A DNA stretch of 62,170 nucleotides from an uncultured Myxococcota bacterium (GTDB lineage: Bacteria > Myxococcota_A > UBA796), in NCBI GenBank assembly GCA_965661045.1, contig CBFICN010000002.1, positions 1 through 62,170 on the forward strand. Reading direction: 5' to 3'. The position numbers and the translations under genes are program-made. This document shows, piece after piece, positions 51,647 through 60,875 of the stretch. Position 1 is the stretch's first letter. Each line of letters starts with the position of its first letter. The notes under the pieces are model-generated. The model had not been told where the DNA came from, searched no databases, and saw only the letters and a list, made by a program, of their open reading frames with translations.

Positions 51647-52968
51647 TGCAACAGCATTTTATGGAATTGGCTGACTTTTTGACGTCACAAATGCAATCTG
51701 GAGAAATCTTCACTGCATATCTAATTGCTGAAGATTCTAATTTTGTTCGAATCAACCATGGAAAAATCCGTCAACCCGGCGCCGTTTCTCAGGCCAACTT
51801 GCAGTTTCGTCTCATCAAAGGGCGTCGACAGTCGGCAGTCACTGTCGGTCTTGTAGGAAGTGCTGAAATCGACAGAGCTCTGTTGCTGGAACAACTCTCT
51901 GCGTTGCGAGCGTTGCTGCCACACCTTCCCGAAGACCCACATTTGTTGATCAACGAGTCCATCGACAGTTCAGAGTACATAGAGGTGAATGAACTGCCAC
52001 CGACTGCAGATATGGTGGACAATATCATGCAAGAGTCAAAAGGTCTCGATTGTGTAGGGATTTTGGCTTCTGGTAGCAATTACCGAGCGTTTGCAAACTC
52101 TCTCGGTCAAAGGAATTGGTTCGCCAGCCACAACTTCAATTGGGATTGGTCGCTGGTGCATTCTGTGGATAAGGCCGTCAAGTCTGGATATGCCGGTAAG
52201 AAATGGGACAGCGCACTGTTTGCAAACAAGATGGCCTCCGCTAAGGTGCAACTTGACTTGCTCGGTCGTCCGTCAAAAACTCTAAATCCAGGTTCTGTTC
52301 GGGCTTACCTGTCTCCGGCAGCATTGTCCGAGGTGCTCGATTTGCTGAGTTGGAGTGGGTTTGGGTTGGCTTCCCACAAAAATAAAACAACGCCGTTGTT
52401 GGGGTTGTTGGAAGGAGAGCAACGTCTGTCTCCCAAATTCTCTTTGATTGAGGACGTGGCTGGTGGGGTTGCACCAGACTTTCAAGCCGATGGGTTCCGA
52501 CGTCCCCAACAGGTCTCTCTAATTGAAGAGGGGCGTTTGAGTGGTGCCTTGGTCTCCCCACGTTCGGCAAAAGAGTTTGGTGAGACCACAACCGGTGCCA
52601 ACGGTGGTGAGAGTCCAGATTCTTTGGCGGTGTCCGCTGGCGATCTGCCTACTGCCGATGTGTTGTCGACATTGGATACGGGTGTTTGGATCAGCAATCT
52701 GTGGTATCTCAATTACTCCGATAGGGCTGCAGGTCGAATGACGGGCATGACCCGTTTTGCCACATTTTGGGTAGAGAACGGCGAAATTGTTGCACCACTA
52801 AACGTGATGCGCTTTGACGACACCATTCACCGCATGTTGGGCAGCGAACTGGAAGCTTTAACTGTGGAACGCGATCTTATGTTGTCGGCGTCCAGTTATT
52901 ACAATCGCTCTACGGGCTCTTCAAACCTTCCTGGTGCACTGCTGAAAGATTTTGCCTTTACCTTGTAG
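51646..52968 (+). CDS. pmbA: PmbA/TldE-family protease partner
   Basis: The ATG overlaps the tldD stop (TGATG). Same fold family without HExxxH: 'GVWISNLWYLNYSD', 'GMTRFATFWVENGEI'. Confidence 0.85.
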   Translation: MQQHFMELADFLTSQMQSGEIFTAYLIAEDSNFVRINHGKIRQPGAVSQANLQFRLIKGRRQSAVTVGLVGSAEIDRALLLEQLSALRALLPHLPEDPHLLINESIDSSEYIEVNELPPTADMVDNIMQESKGLDCVGILASGSNYRAFANSLGQRNWFASHNFNWDWSLVHSVDKAVKSGYAGKKWDSALFANKMASAKVQLDLLGRPSKTLNPGSVRAYLSPAALSEVLDLLSWSGFGLASHKNKTTPLLGLLEGEQRLSPKFSLIEDVAGGVAPDFQADGFRRPQQVSLIEEGRLSGALVSPRSAKEFGETTTGANGGESPDSLAVSAGDLPTADVLSTLDTGVWISNLWYLNYSDRAAGRMTGMTRFATFWVENGEIVAPLNVMRFDDTIHRMLGSELEALTVERDLMLSASSYYNRSTGSSNLPGALLKDFAFTL

Positions 52969-53051
52969 GTGATGTTTCCATAGGGCGGTTTGTTCGACAA
53001 CCGAGTTGTTGTTCATTACATGGGTGACAGACAGCATGTATGAGGTGAGCA

Positions 53052-54836
53052 ATGGCCATTTTGGTAATTAACAGCGGTTCTTCGAGTATCAAAGCAGATG
53101 TGATTGATGGTGTGCGTCAAGAAAGGTTGCAATCTTTCCGCGTACAGCGAATTGGCACAGCCGATTGTGTGTGCAATGGGGACAGAGAGGTGTCTTTGCC
53201 CAATGCGGGTCATGCCGATGCCGTAGAACATATATTGTCCCAAGTAACAATCGAGATTGATGCAATTGGTCACAGAGTGGTGCATGGGGGAGAGCGCTTT
53301 GTGGAGCCGACACGCATCACCCCAGCGGTGGTCGCAGAAATTAGAGGTTTGATTGAAGTGGCCCCCCTGCACATCCCCGCCAACCTTGCCGGCATCGAGG
53401 CTTGCGCCAAACAGTACCCAAATATTCTTCAAGTGGCGGTGTTTGATACGGCTTTTCACAGTACCTTGCCACGACGGGCGAAGTATTATGCGTTGGACCA
53501 CGAAATTGCCCACAAGCACGGCATTCGTCGATTTGGTTTTCATGGACTTTCTCATCGATGGTCTGCTCAGCAAGTTGCCAAGAAAATGGAGATTCCACTC
53601 GAAGAACTTAGAATTGTCGTTTGTCATTTGGGCAACGGAGCATCGGTGTGTGCGGTTGAGTATGGACGCTCGATTGAAACGTCGATGGGGATGACTCCTT
53701 TGGAAGGATTGGTCATGGGTACGCGCAGTGGGGACGTGGACCCAGGTGTATTGATTGCATTGGCCAAAAAAGAAGGGTGGTCACTGGACGATTTGGACGA
53801 TTTTTTGAACCGTCAGTGTGGGTTGACAGGGCTGTCTGGCATAGGCAATGACATGCGTGACATATTGGAACAAGCGAGGGAAGGAGATGACCGATGTCGA
53901 TTGGCAATCAACATATTTGTGCACCGATTGCGGAAGTACATTGGATCCTATGCTGCCGTGATGGGTGGAATCGACGCGTTGGTGTTTACTGGGGGCATCG
54001 GGGAAAACGCTGCGGTGATCCGTGCACGCACCTGTCAAAACCTTGGATTTCTGGGGTTGAGACTCGATGAAGATGCCAACCACCATCGTCCTTCGACTTC
54101 TCAAACGGCTGTTGAAGTGTCTCATTATGCCTCTCGAAACAAAATCTTTGCTGTCAGAGCCGATGAAGAGATGGTCATTGCCTTGGATACCCATGCGCTT
54201 AAACAAAACGCTGATGCGGTGTCTCAACCACAAGGAATCCCCATTGCCATTTCAGCACGACACTTGCACCTGACTCAAGAAGCCGTAGAAATATTGTTTG
54301 GGGAAGGCACTCAACTGACGGTGAAAGCGCCAATTTCTCAGCCGGGTCAGTTCGCTTGCAACGAGAAAGTCGACTTGGTGGGGCCAAAGCGTACCATCAA
54401 GGGCGTTCGTGTCATTGGGCCGACGCGACCGGCTTGCCAAGTTGAGGTTTCAAGAACCGATGAATATACATTGGGCATTGATGCCCCCATTCGAAACTCT
54501 GGTGATGTTCGAAACTCTCCAGGGATAAAGTTGGTTGGTCCCGCGGGAGAGTTGACATTGACTGAGGGGTTGATTTGTGCGCGCCGTCACATTCATATGG
54601 ACCCTGCCTCGGCAACTGCGTTTGGTGTCTCAGACAAAGATGTGGTGGAAGTCGCCGTCAATTCCGAAGGGCGAGACTTGATTTTCGGTGATGTGTTGGT
54701 GCGGGTCTCTCCAAAGTACGTCTTGGAAATGCACATTGATACCGATGAAGCCAATGCGGCTGAGATTAGAACGGGTGATCTGGGCGTTCTTCATGGTACG
54801 TCAGCCAAGGCCAGTTTGCGTCGACGAAAAGTATAA
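53052..54836 (+). CDS. ackA: Acetate kinase fused to a PduL-type phosphotransacylase (PTAC) domain
   Basis: aa 1-385: 'ILVINSGSSSIKADV', 'GHRVVHGG', 'AVFDTAFH', 'FGFHGLSH', 'CHLGNGASV', 'FTGGIGEN'. aa 395-585: 'IPIAISARHLHLTQEAVEILFGEG', 'SQPGQFACNEKVDLVGPK', 'ICARRHIHMD', 'HIDTDEANAA'. One uninterrupted frame. Confidence 0.9.
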   Translation: MAILVINSGSSSIKADVIDGVRQERLQSFRVQRIGTADCVCNGDREVSLPNAGHADAVEHILSQVTIEIDAIGHRVVHGGERFVEPTRITPAVVAEIRGLIEVAPLHIPANLAGIEACAKQYPNILQVAVFDTAFHSTLPRRAKYYALDHEIAHKHGIRRFGFHGLSHRWSAQQVAKKMEIPLEELRIVVCHLGNGASVCAVEYGRSIETSMGMTPLEGLVMGTRSGDVDPGVLIALAKKEGWSLDDLDDFLNRQCGLTGLSGIGNDMRDILEQAREGDDRCRLAINIFVHRLRKYIGSYAAVMGGIDALVFTGGIGENAAVIRARTCQNLGFLGLRLDEDANHHRPSTSQTAVEVSHYASRNKIFAVRADEEMVIALDTHALKQNADAVSQPQGIPIAISARHLHLTQEAVEILFGEGTQLTVKAPISQPGQFACNEKVDLVGPKRTIKGVRVIGPTRPACQVEVSRTDEYTLGIDAPIRNSGDVRNSPGIKLVGPAGELTLTEGLICARRHIHMDPASATAFGVSDKDVVEVAVNSEGRDLIFGDVLVRVSPKYVLEMHIDTDEANAAEIRTGDLGVLHGTSAKASLRRRKV

Positions 54837-54849
54837 CCTTGACTATGGA

Positions 54850-55860
54850 CTATGATGGTCTTAAGGAACGATTCATCTCGGAAATGAGCCAGGGACCTTT
54901 GTAAATCAACGCAGAATAGAGTTGCACCGCTTTACACCCCATGTTGAGTAAGGTTTGTGCCCGTTCTGGACTGTTGACCCCACCCACACCAATGACGGGC
55001 ACTCGATTGTCTGTGGCATCCAAAATGAGTTGGATTTGTTCTCTTGCAAGCGCCCACAGTGGATCTCCACTGAGTCCCCCCGTTTCGCCATACTTATCTG
55101 TGCCGTGGGGACGTGTGTTTGTGGTGTTGGTGCCAATGATCCCAGAAGCGCCACATTCAATCACCATGTCGATTGCTTCCGTGAGATCTGTGGGGTTCAT
55201 GTCTGGCGCAAATTTGACAAATACAGGGGTGTCTTTGGCGGCTGGCAAGGCAACATCCAAGAGTTTCTTTAAGTTGTCAGCCGATTGTAAGTCTCGCAGC
55301 CCCGGTGTATTCGGCGAAGAAACGTTAACGGTGAAGTAGTCCACCAATCCTTGGAGGCGTTGAATGCTGGTTCGGTAGTCTTCGCCTGCCTGCTCAAGGG
55401 GGGTGATTTTCGATTTGCCCACGTTGGCACCCACTGGAATGCTCGGCCACATGTTCAACTCTCGGAGCGCGATGATGCGTTCCATTAAGGCTTTGGAACC
55501 CTCATTGTTGAACCCCATTCGATTGATGATGCCTTCTTCTTCTTTGAGTCGAAAGAGTCTTGGTTGTGGATTTCCCACCTGTGGATGCGCTGTCACAGTT
55601 CCGATTTCCATGAATCCAAACCCAACCGACTCCCAAATGGGAATTCCTTCTCCATCCTTGTCCAAACCGGCTGCAAGGCCAATGGGGGACGCGAACTTGA
55701 GTCCGGCAACATCGACGCTGAGATCTGGTGTCGGTCGATGACTGGTGACGTTCATGAAATTGGAGATCAGGTTTGGATGGTCTACCATTGTGTCTATGGT
55801 CCATCGGTGGGCTTTCTCCGCATCCATTGTAAACAGCAGAGGACGAATCAGATTCCACAT
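54850..55860 (-). CDS. pyrD: Dihydroorotate dehydrogenase (quinone), class 2
   Basis: 'LFTMDAEKAHRW', 'GLAAGLDKDG', 'GFGFMEIGTVT', 'NVGKSK', 'NVSSPNTPGLR'. ATG 55860 ('MWNLIRP') is preferred over TTG 55869. Confidence 0.93.
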   Translation of the reverse strand: MWNLIRPLLFTMDAEKAHRWTIDTMVDHPNLISNFMNVTSHRPTPDLSVDVAGLKFASPIGLAAGLDKDGEGIPIWESVGFGFMEIGTVTAHPQVGNPQPRLFRLKEEEGIINRMGFNNEGSKALMERIIALRELNMWPSIPVGANVGKSKITPLEQAGEDYRTSIQRLQGLVDYFTVNVSSPNTPGLRDLQSADNLKKLLDVALPAAKDTPVFVKFAPDMNPTDLTEAIDMVIECGASGIIGTNTTNTRPHGTDKYGETGGLSGDPLWALAREQIQLILDATDNRVPVIGVGGVNSPERAQTLLNMGCKAVQLYSALIYKGPWLISEMNRSLRPS

Positions 55861-55865
55861 ATCAA

Positions 55866-56474
55866 TCAACCTTCAATGTTTTGTTGTGAAGCTTTGTAAT
55901 AGAGGTAGCCATATTCGATGCCACTGATCAACGCAAAGAAAACCGAAATGTACAACAGAACAATGCCACAAGAATGAATGTCAATGTGTCCGAACAACGG
56001 CCAGTCAACTGGGTAGTGCCACAACAACATCCCAATGGCGGTCGACTGATAGGCAGTTTTCGTTTTCCCCAGTGGGGAGGCAGCCAATACAAGGTTTTGT
56101 TGAGAGGCAATGCCACGCAGTCCGGTGATGGCGATCTCACGACACAGCAACAAGGCCACGAGCCAAGCCGGTGCCCAACCCAGTGGAACGAGCATGATGA
56201 GTGCTACGGTGACCATCAGTTTGTCTGCCAACGGATCCAAGTAGGCACCAATTGGTGTTAATAGATTCCATTTTCTGGCTAAATAGCCGTCCAGAATATC
56301 CGTCAGCATCGCGACAACAAAAATGACACAGGCGATGATGCCTTCCACTTCTGTTGGCTGTGTACCGGTTGGACACCAAAGCATCATGACCACAAAGGGG
56401 ATGGCGGCAATTCGCATCAACGTCAAAATGTTTGGAATGTTCCAAAATGGAATCGGCGCTGTGGACATGGTCAC
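55866..56474 (-). CDS. pgsA: CDP-diacylglycerol--glycerol-3-phosphate 3-phosphatidyltransferase
   Basis: 'NILTLMRIAAIP', CDP-alcohol motif 'DILDGYLARKWNLLTPIGAYLDPLADKL'. Confidence 0.9.
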   Translation of the reverse strand: MTMSTAPIPFWNIPNILTLMRIAAIPFVVMMLWCPTGTQPTEVEGIIACVIFVVAMLTDILDGYLARKWNLLTPIGAYLDPLADKLMVTVALIMLVPLGWAPAWLVALLLCREIAITGLRGIASQQNLVLAASPLGKTKTAYQSTAIGMLLWHYPVDWPLFGHIDIHSCGIVLLYISVFFALISGIEYGYLYYKASQQNIEG

Positions 56475-56480
56475 TCCAAA

Positions 56481-57086
56481 TTACTGAGTCGGTACAATTG
56501 GGCGTTCGAGTAAAAATAGCTCATACAAATCCATAACCCGTTCGACATAAACCTGCGTCTCTTCAAACGGAGGAATGCCTTTGTACTTGCGCACATTCCC
56601 TGGACCGGCATTGTATGCGGCCAATGCGAGTTCGATGCTACCAAATCGATCGAGGTTCTTTCGCAGGTACTTGCTGCCTCCCTCAATGTTTTGCGCTGGG
56701 TCCCACGGGTTGGACACCCCCAAGCCGGTTGCTGTTGCCGGCATCAGTTGCATCAGGCCCTGAGCACCCGCATGGGATTTGGCGTTCGGATTCATGCCAC
56801 TTTCCGCCATAATGACCGCTTTAATGAGTGCAGCAGACAGTAGATGCTTGCGGCTTGCTTTTAAGATTAGGTCGTCGTAATCGTTCATGCGTGGAAAGTT
56901 TTTATTGGTAACAACTTTTCGAGTCGGTGGAGGACCATTGACGTCAAAAACAACAAAATCTTCTTCTTGCTGGGGAGAATCGGTAAACGTAATGGTACCG
57001 TCATCACTGACTGACATGTAGACATCTTGCGCAAGTGCTATGGATTGGAGGAGCAACAATATTGACATGACCATATTTAACCACAT
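56481..57086 (-). CDS. Lytic transglycosylase (SLT domain), secreted
   Basis: Signal 'MSILLLLQSIALA'. 'ESGMNPNAKSHAGAQGLMQLMPATA', 'AYNAGPGNV'. Confidence 0.9.
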   Translation of the reverse strand: MWLNMVMSILLLLQSIALAQDVYMSVSDDGTITFTDSPQQEEDFVVFDVNGPPPTRKVVTNKNFPRMNDYDDLILKASRKHLLSAALIKAVIMAESGMNPNAKSHAGAQGLMQLMPATATGLGVSNPWDPAQNIEGGSKYLRKNLDRFGSIELALAAYNAGPGNVRKYKGIPPFEETQVYVERVMDLYELFLLERPIVPTQ

Positions 57087-57185
57087 CTATGAGTATCTGT
57101 GCCAAAATAGCCAATTCTTTTGTGCTGAATGAATTCGCATTTTGTCTTCCATCCGATAAATATTGGGCATTGTAGAGGTGTAGAA

Positions 57186-58796
57186 ATGAACAATGTGGAT
57201 GTATTGATTGTTGGGAGTGGACTGGCCGGTTTGCGACTGGCCTTGGCTTTGCCAGAGTCGGTATCCATTGCATTGATTACAAAACGAGAAATATTGGATA
57301 CCAACACTCAATGGGCACAGGGGGGCATTGCCGCAGCTTGGGAAGCAGAAGATTCGTGGCAGGCACACGTCAAAGACACGCTGATCGCTGGGGCTGGACT
57401 CTGTCGCCGTGAGGTGGTCGAGTACGTTGCCAGACAGGGAAAGCGTCGGGTAGAAGACCTCATTGGCTTTGGGGTGCAGTTTGATCGAAAACAAGACGAC
57501 TCAAATAAATACTCACTGCATCTTGAAGGGGGGCATTCCGCCAATCGAATTTTGCACCACGCGGATTTAACCGGTGCTGAGATTATGCGAGCACTGGTCG
57601 AAGCCGTTCGAAAACGCTCCAATGTTCAGATTCTTGAGCACCATATGGCGGTGGATATCATATCAGAATCATGGTTGGCCAGGAAACGTGGTGATTTACC
57701 CCCCACAGTCGATAGAGCGATGGGGGCTTACGTCTTGAACCTTCAAAGCAATGAGGTGACCGCCATCTCGGCAAAGGTGGTGTCTTTGTGTTGTGGAGGG
57801 GCTGGAAAAGTGTACTTGTATACATCGAATCCAGACATCGCTTCTGGTGACGGCATTGCAATGGGGTGGCGTGTCGGTGCCACGGTCGCCAACATGGAAT
57901 TTGTTCAATTTCATCCGACGTGCTTGTACCATCCACAGGCACGAAACTTTCTGATTTCGGAGGCGTTGCGGGGAGCTGGTGGGGTATTAAAGCGTCAAGA
58001 CGGTACTCGATTTATGCCAGCTTACGATCAACGAGCCGAACTGGCACCGAGAGATATCGTGGCGCGTTCCATCGATGCAGAGCTTAAAAAGAGCGGTGCA
58101 GAGTGTGTGTTTTTGGATATGAGGCACCTCTCAAAAAAAGAATTGCGGCAGAAGTTTCCAAATATTTATGAAGGGTGCTTCAACCTGGGGATTGATATCG
58201 CGGAAGAGATGATTCCGGTCGTGCCAGCCGCTCATTATTTTTGTGGCGGACTGACCGTGGACCTCAGCGGAGAAACAACGGTCCGAAACTTGTTTTCCAT
58301 TGGAGAGACTTCTTGTACCGGGCTGCATGGTGCCAACCGTTTGGCCAGTAATTCATTATTGGAAGCTGCGGTATTTTCGGTGAACGCAGCGCGGGCAATT
58401 CAAGCTCGATTACCGGATCTGCCTTCGCCGACAGATTTGCCACCGTGGGATTATGGTCGAGCGTCGGATCCCGACGAGCAAGTTGTCATTTCACAGGTGT
58501 GGGATGAGATTCGTCGATTTATGTGGAACTATGTTGGTATTGTCCGCACCGACCGTCGATTGAAGAGGGCCAGAAAGAGATTGCACTTGGTGCAAGAAGA
58601 GATTGATCACCATTACTGGGATTTTAAAATTACCGGTGATCTTTTGGAACTGCGAAACCTTGCGATCGTCGCATTGTTGGTGGTGCAATCTGCGCTCAAA
58701 CGTCGAGAATCCAGAGGGTTGCATTTCACCAAAGATTTTCCAGAATCCGACCAAAGATTGATTCAAGATACGGTGTTGAAACGGTCGATTTGGTAA
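57186..58796 (+). CDS. nadB: L-aspartate oxidase
   Basis: 'DVLIVGSGLAGL', 'QGGIAAA', 'HADLTGAEI', 'FVQFHPT', 'RGLHF'. ATG 57186 is preferred over the longer ORF start at 57129. Confidence 0.93.
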   Translation: MNNVDVLIVGSGLAGLRLALALPESVSIALITKREILDTNTQWAQGGIAAAWEAEDSWQAHVKDTLIAGAGLCRREVVEYVARQGKRRVEDLIGFGVQFDRKQDDSNKYSLHLEGGHSANRILHHADLTGAEIMRALVEAVRKRSNVQILEHHMAVDIISESWLARKRGDLPPTVDRAMGAYVLNLQSNEVTAISAKVVSLCCGGAGKVYLYTSNPDIASGDGIAMGWRVGATVANMEFVQFHPTCLYHPQARNFLISEALRGAGGVLKRQDGTRFMPAYDQRAELAPRDIVARSIDAELKKSGAECVFLDMRHLSKKELRQKFPNIYEGCFNLGIDIAEEMIPVVPAAHYFCGGLTVDLSGETTVRNLFSIGETSCTGLHGANRLASNSLLEAAVFSVNAARAIQARLPDLPSPTDLPPWDYGRASDPDEQVVISQVWDEIRRFMWNYVGIVRTDRRLKRARKRLHLVQEEIDHHYWDFKITGDLLELRNLAIVALLVVQSALKRRESRGLHFTKDFPESDQRLIQDTVLKRSIW

Positions 58797-58827
58797 CTCT
58801 TTTCCGAATCTTTCAGTATACGAAATG

Positions 58828-60219
58828 CTAGTGAGACGTTCCGACGAGTGCTTCAATCTCTTCGATGCTTTTGGGAATGGATCCCGTGAGGTTTTCTGGT
58901 CCGTCAGGCGTGCAGTAGATGTCGTCTTCAATCCGGATCCCACCAAAGCCCATCCAGTCCTCGAGTCTATCCCAGTGGACAGCGGACTTGAATTGGCTTC
59001 GTAAGGTTGCGTCGGCAAAAATGGCTGGACAAATGTAGAAACCGGGTTCTATGGTGACGACCATATGTGCTTCCAAGTCCAAATCCATGCGTAGATACCC
59101 AGTCCCGAATTGTGTGGATCGTGTGCGACCTGGGGCATAGGCGGCTCGATCCCCAAAATTCTCCATGTCGTGTACATCGAGTCCCAGTAGGTGTCCAACA
59201 CCATGGGGGAAAAACAATGCGTGGGCACCCTGCTCAACCAATGTGTCTACCTGTCCAAGGAGTAGACCTTCGTCGACCAAAAACTCAGTCAAGATGCGAC
59301 AGGTGGTGGTGTGTACATCTCGATACCGCACGCCGGGTCTCACTTGCTCAATGGAGGCTTCTTGAGCCAGCAATACTGCTTCATAGGCACGCCGTTGTCG
59401 TTCAGAAAAGTGTCCAGATACGGGCCACGTGCGGGTGACGTCTGTCGCGTATCCCAAAGGAGATTCAGCACCTCCGTCGAGCAGAAGTAAGTCTCCTTGA
59501 GACAGTGTATTTTTATAATTGTGGTTGTGCAAAATCTCGCCGTCTACCGTCACAATACTGTGGTAAGCCGTGGTCAAGCCAGATTCGTGTATCGGAGAGT
59601 GAAACGCGGATGCGACCGTGCGTTCATGACCACCAATATGTGTGGTTTTCATGGCGGATATGTGGGCCGCTTTGGTAATTTCGGCGGTCCATCGCAGTTG
59701 TTCAAGTTCTTCATGGTCCAACAAACGCCGTTGACCAATGATGGCATCAATGAGTTCTAAAGAACCGTTGTGTACGCCAAATTGTAAGGGTTGTTGCGTC
59801 AATGTGCTCAGCCACTGTGTGGTCGCCAAATCAGCCACGGCAATGGTGTGTACCGTTTTTGTATCGATTGTGTGGTTGGACATCCAAGATGCCAACGATT
59901 CTCGAGGTTGCCATTTGTCAAACCCAAGACGCTTGGCAATTTCGTCATTGCTGTCTTGGGGACCATGCCACAAAACATCGCTGGGGTCTTGGGAGGGTAA
60001 GAATAGGACGTCTTCTGATGGAGATGCAAACCACGCGGCGTTGGGAATTGTACATCCAGTGTAATACCAAAACGAGGAATCCTGACGAAAGGGCAGGGGG
60101 TTTGCCGTAAAGTTTCTAGCTTGCTCAGCATTGCCCATCAACAAGATTGGACCAGAGACGGTTCCTCTAAGCTGTGTTCTACGACGGATGAATGTACTCT
60201 TGGATATTGTTGGTGTCAC
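58828..60219 (-). CDS. pepP: Xaa-Pro aminopeptidase (M24B)
   Basis: 'FWYYTG', 'DGGAESPLGYATDVTRTWP', 'HGVGHLLGLDVHD', 'IEPGFY', 'GGIRIEDD'. The start is probably GTG 60219 (GGAG, 8 nt, GTG, spanning the moaB stop); GTG 60228 is an alternative. The longest ORF (60336) overlaps moaB. Confidence 0.88.
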   Translation of the reverse strand: MTPTISKSTFIRRRTQLRGTVSGPILLMGNAEQARNFTANPLPFRQDSSFWYYTGCTIPNAAWFASPSEDVLFLPSQDPSDVLWHGPQDSNDEIAKRLGFDKWQPRESLASWMSNHTIDTKTVHTIAVADLATTQWLSTLTQQPLQFGVHNGSLELIDAIIGQRRLLDHEELEQLRWTAEITKAAHISAMKTTHIGGHERTVASAFHSPIHESGLTTAYHSIVTVDGEILHNHNYKNTLSQGDLLLLDGGAESPLGYATDVTRTWPVSGHFSERQRRAYEAVLLAQEASIEQVRPGVRYRDVHTTTCRILTEFLVDEGLLLGQVDTLVEQGAHALFFPHGVGHLLGLDVHDMENFGDRAAYAPGRTRSTQFGTGYLRMDLDLEAHMVVTIEPGFYICPAIFADATLRSQFKSAVHWDRLEDWMGFGGIRIEDDIYCTPDGPENLTGSIPKSIEEIEALVGTSH

Positions 60220-60224
60220 GATGT

Positions 60225-60779
60225 TCACTCCGTGATGGGTTCTGTACGTTTGGCGCCATCCAATCGGTGTAGCAGCATCGCAAAGTTGCAGGGACGGTGT
60301 GCAATGTCGAGTTGTTGGTGTAAAATCCCTTTCCAAGCATCTTTACAAGCACCCGTAGAGCCAGGGAGTGCAAAGATGAGCGTACCCGAAAAAAGTCCGG
60401 CACAGGCTCTTGACTGTACGGTGGATGTCCCAATGGTTTGATAACTCAGAAAACGAAACAATTCGCCAAACCCAGGAATCCACTTTTCGACGATGTCTCC
60501 AACGGCTTCTGGTGTAATATCGCGTGCAGTAATTCCAGTTCCACCAGTGCTTAAGATGACATCCACATCGGCCCGCTGTCCCCAAGCGGTAAATGTGTTG
60601 ACCAGTGTTTGACGATCGTCTGCTACGATGACGCGATCCACCAACGTGTGCCCTGCTTCTTGTAGGGCGTTGCACAAGTAGCCTCCAGAGGTGTCCGTAT
60701 CCATCGTGCGCGTGTCTGATACTGTACATACCGCTATATTCAGTCCCATGTTTGCTCCCATATTGAGTATGATTTTCAT
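60225..60779 (-). CDS. moaB: Molybdenum cofactor biosynthesis protein B (MoaB/Mog family)
   Basis: 'IAVCTVSDTR', 'STGGTGITARDITPEA', 'GFGELFRFLSYQTIGTSTVQSRA', 'ALPGSTGAC'. An internal ATG at 60749 has a stronger RBS (GGGAG). Confidence 0.88.
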   Translation of the reverse strand: MKIILNMGANMGLNIAVCTVSDTRTMDTDTSGGYLCNALQEAGHTLVDRVIVADDRQTLVNTFTAWGQRADVDVILSTGGTGITARDITPEAVGDIVEKWIPGFGELFRFLSYQTIGTSTVQSRACAGLFSGTLIFALPGSTGACKDAWKGILHQQLDIAHRPCNFAMLLHRLDGAKRTEPITE

Positions 60780-60875
60780 AATTAACCTTTCATCAGTATA
60801 TCCCGATACAGTGGTTGCTCAACTCTATGTAAGTCGATAGGTAGCCTCAACACCACATTGAAATGGGAGGGGACA

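Noticed and set aside
53052-54836. PduL domain as a marker of a bacterial microcompartment locus.
   Set aside because: No BMC shell (Pfam00936/03319-like) genes or signature enzymes are anywhere in the window. The domain is fused to acetate kinase among ordinary metabolic genes.
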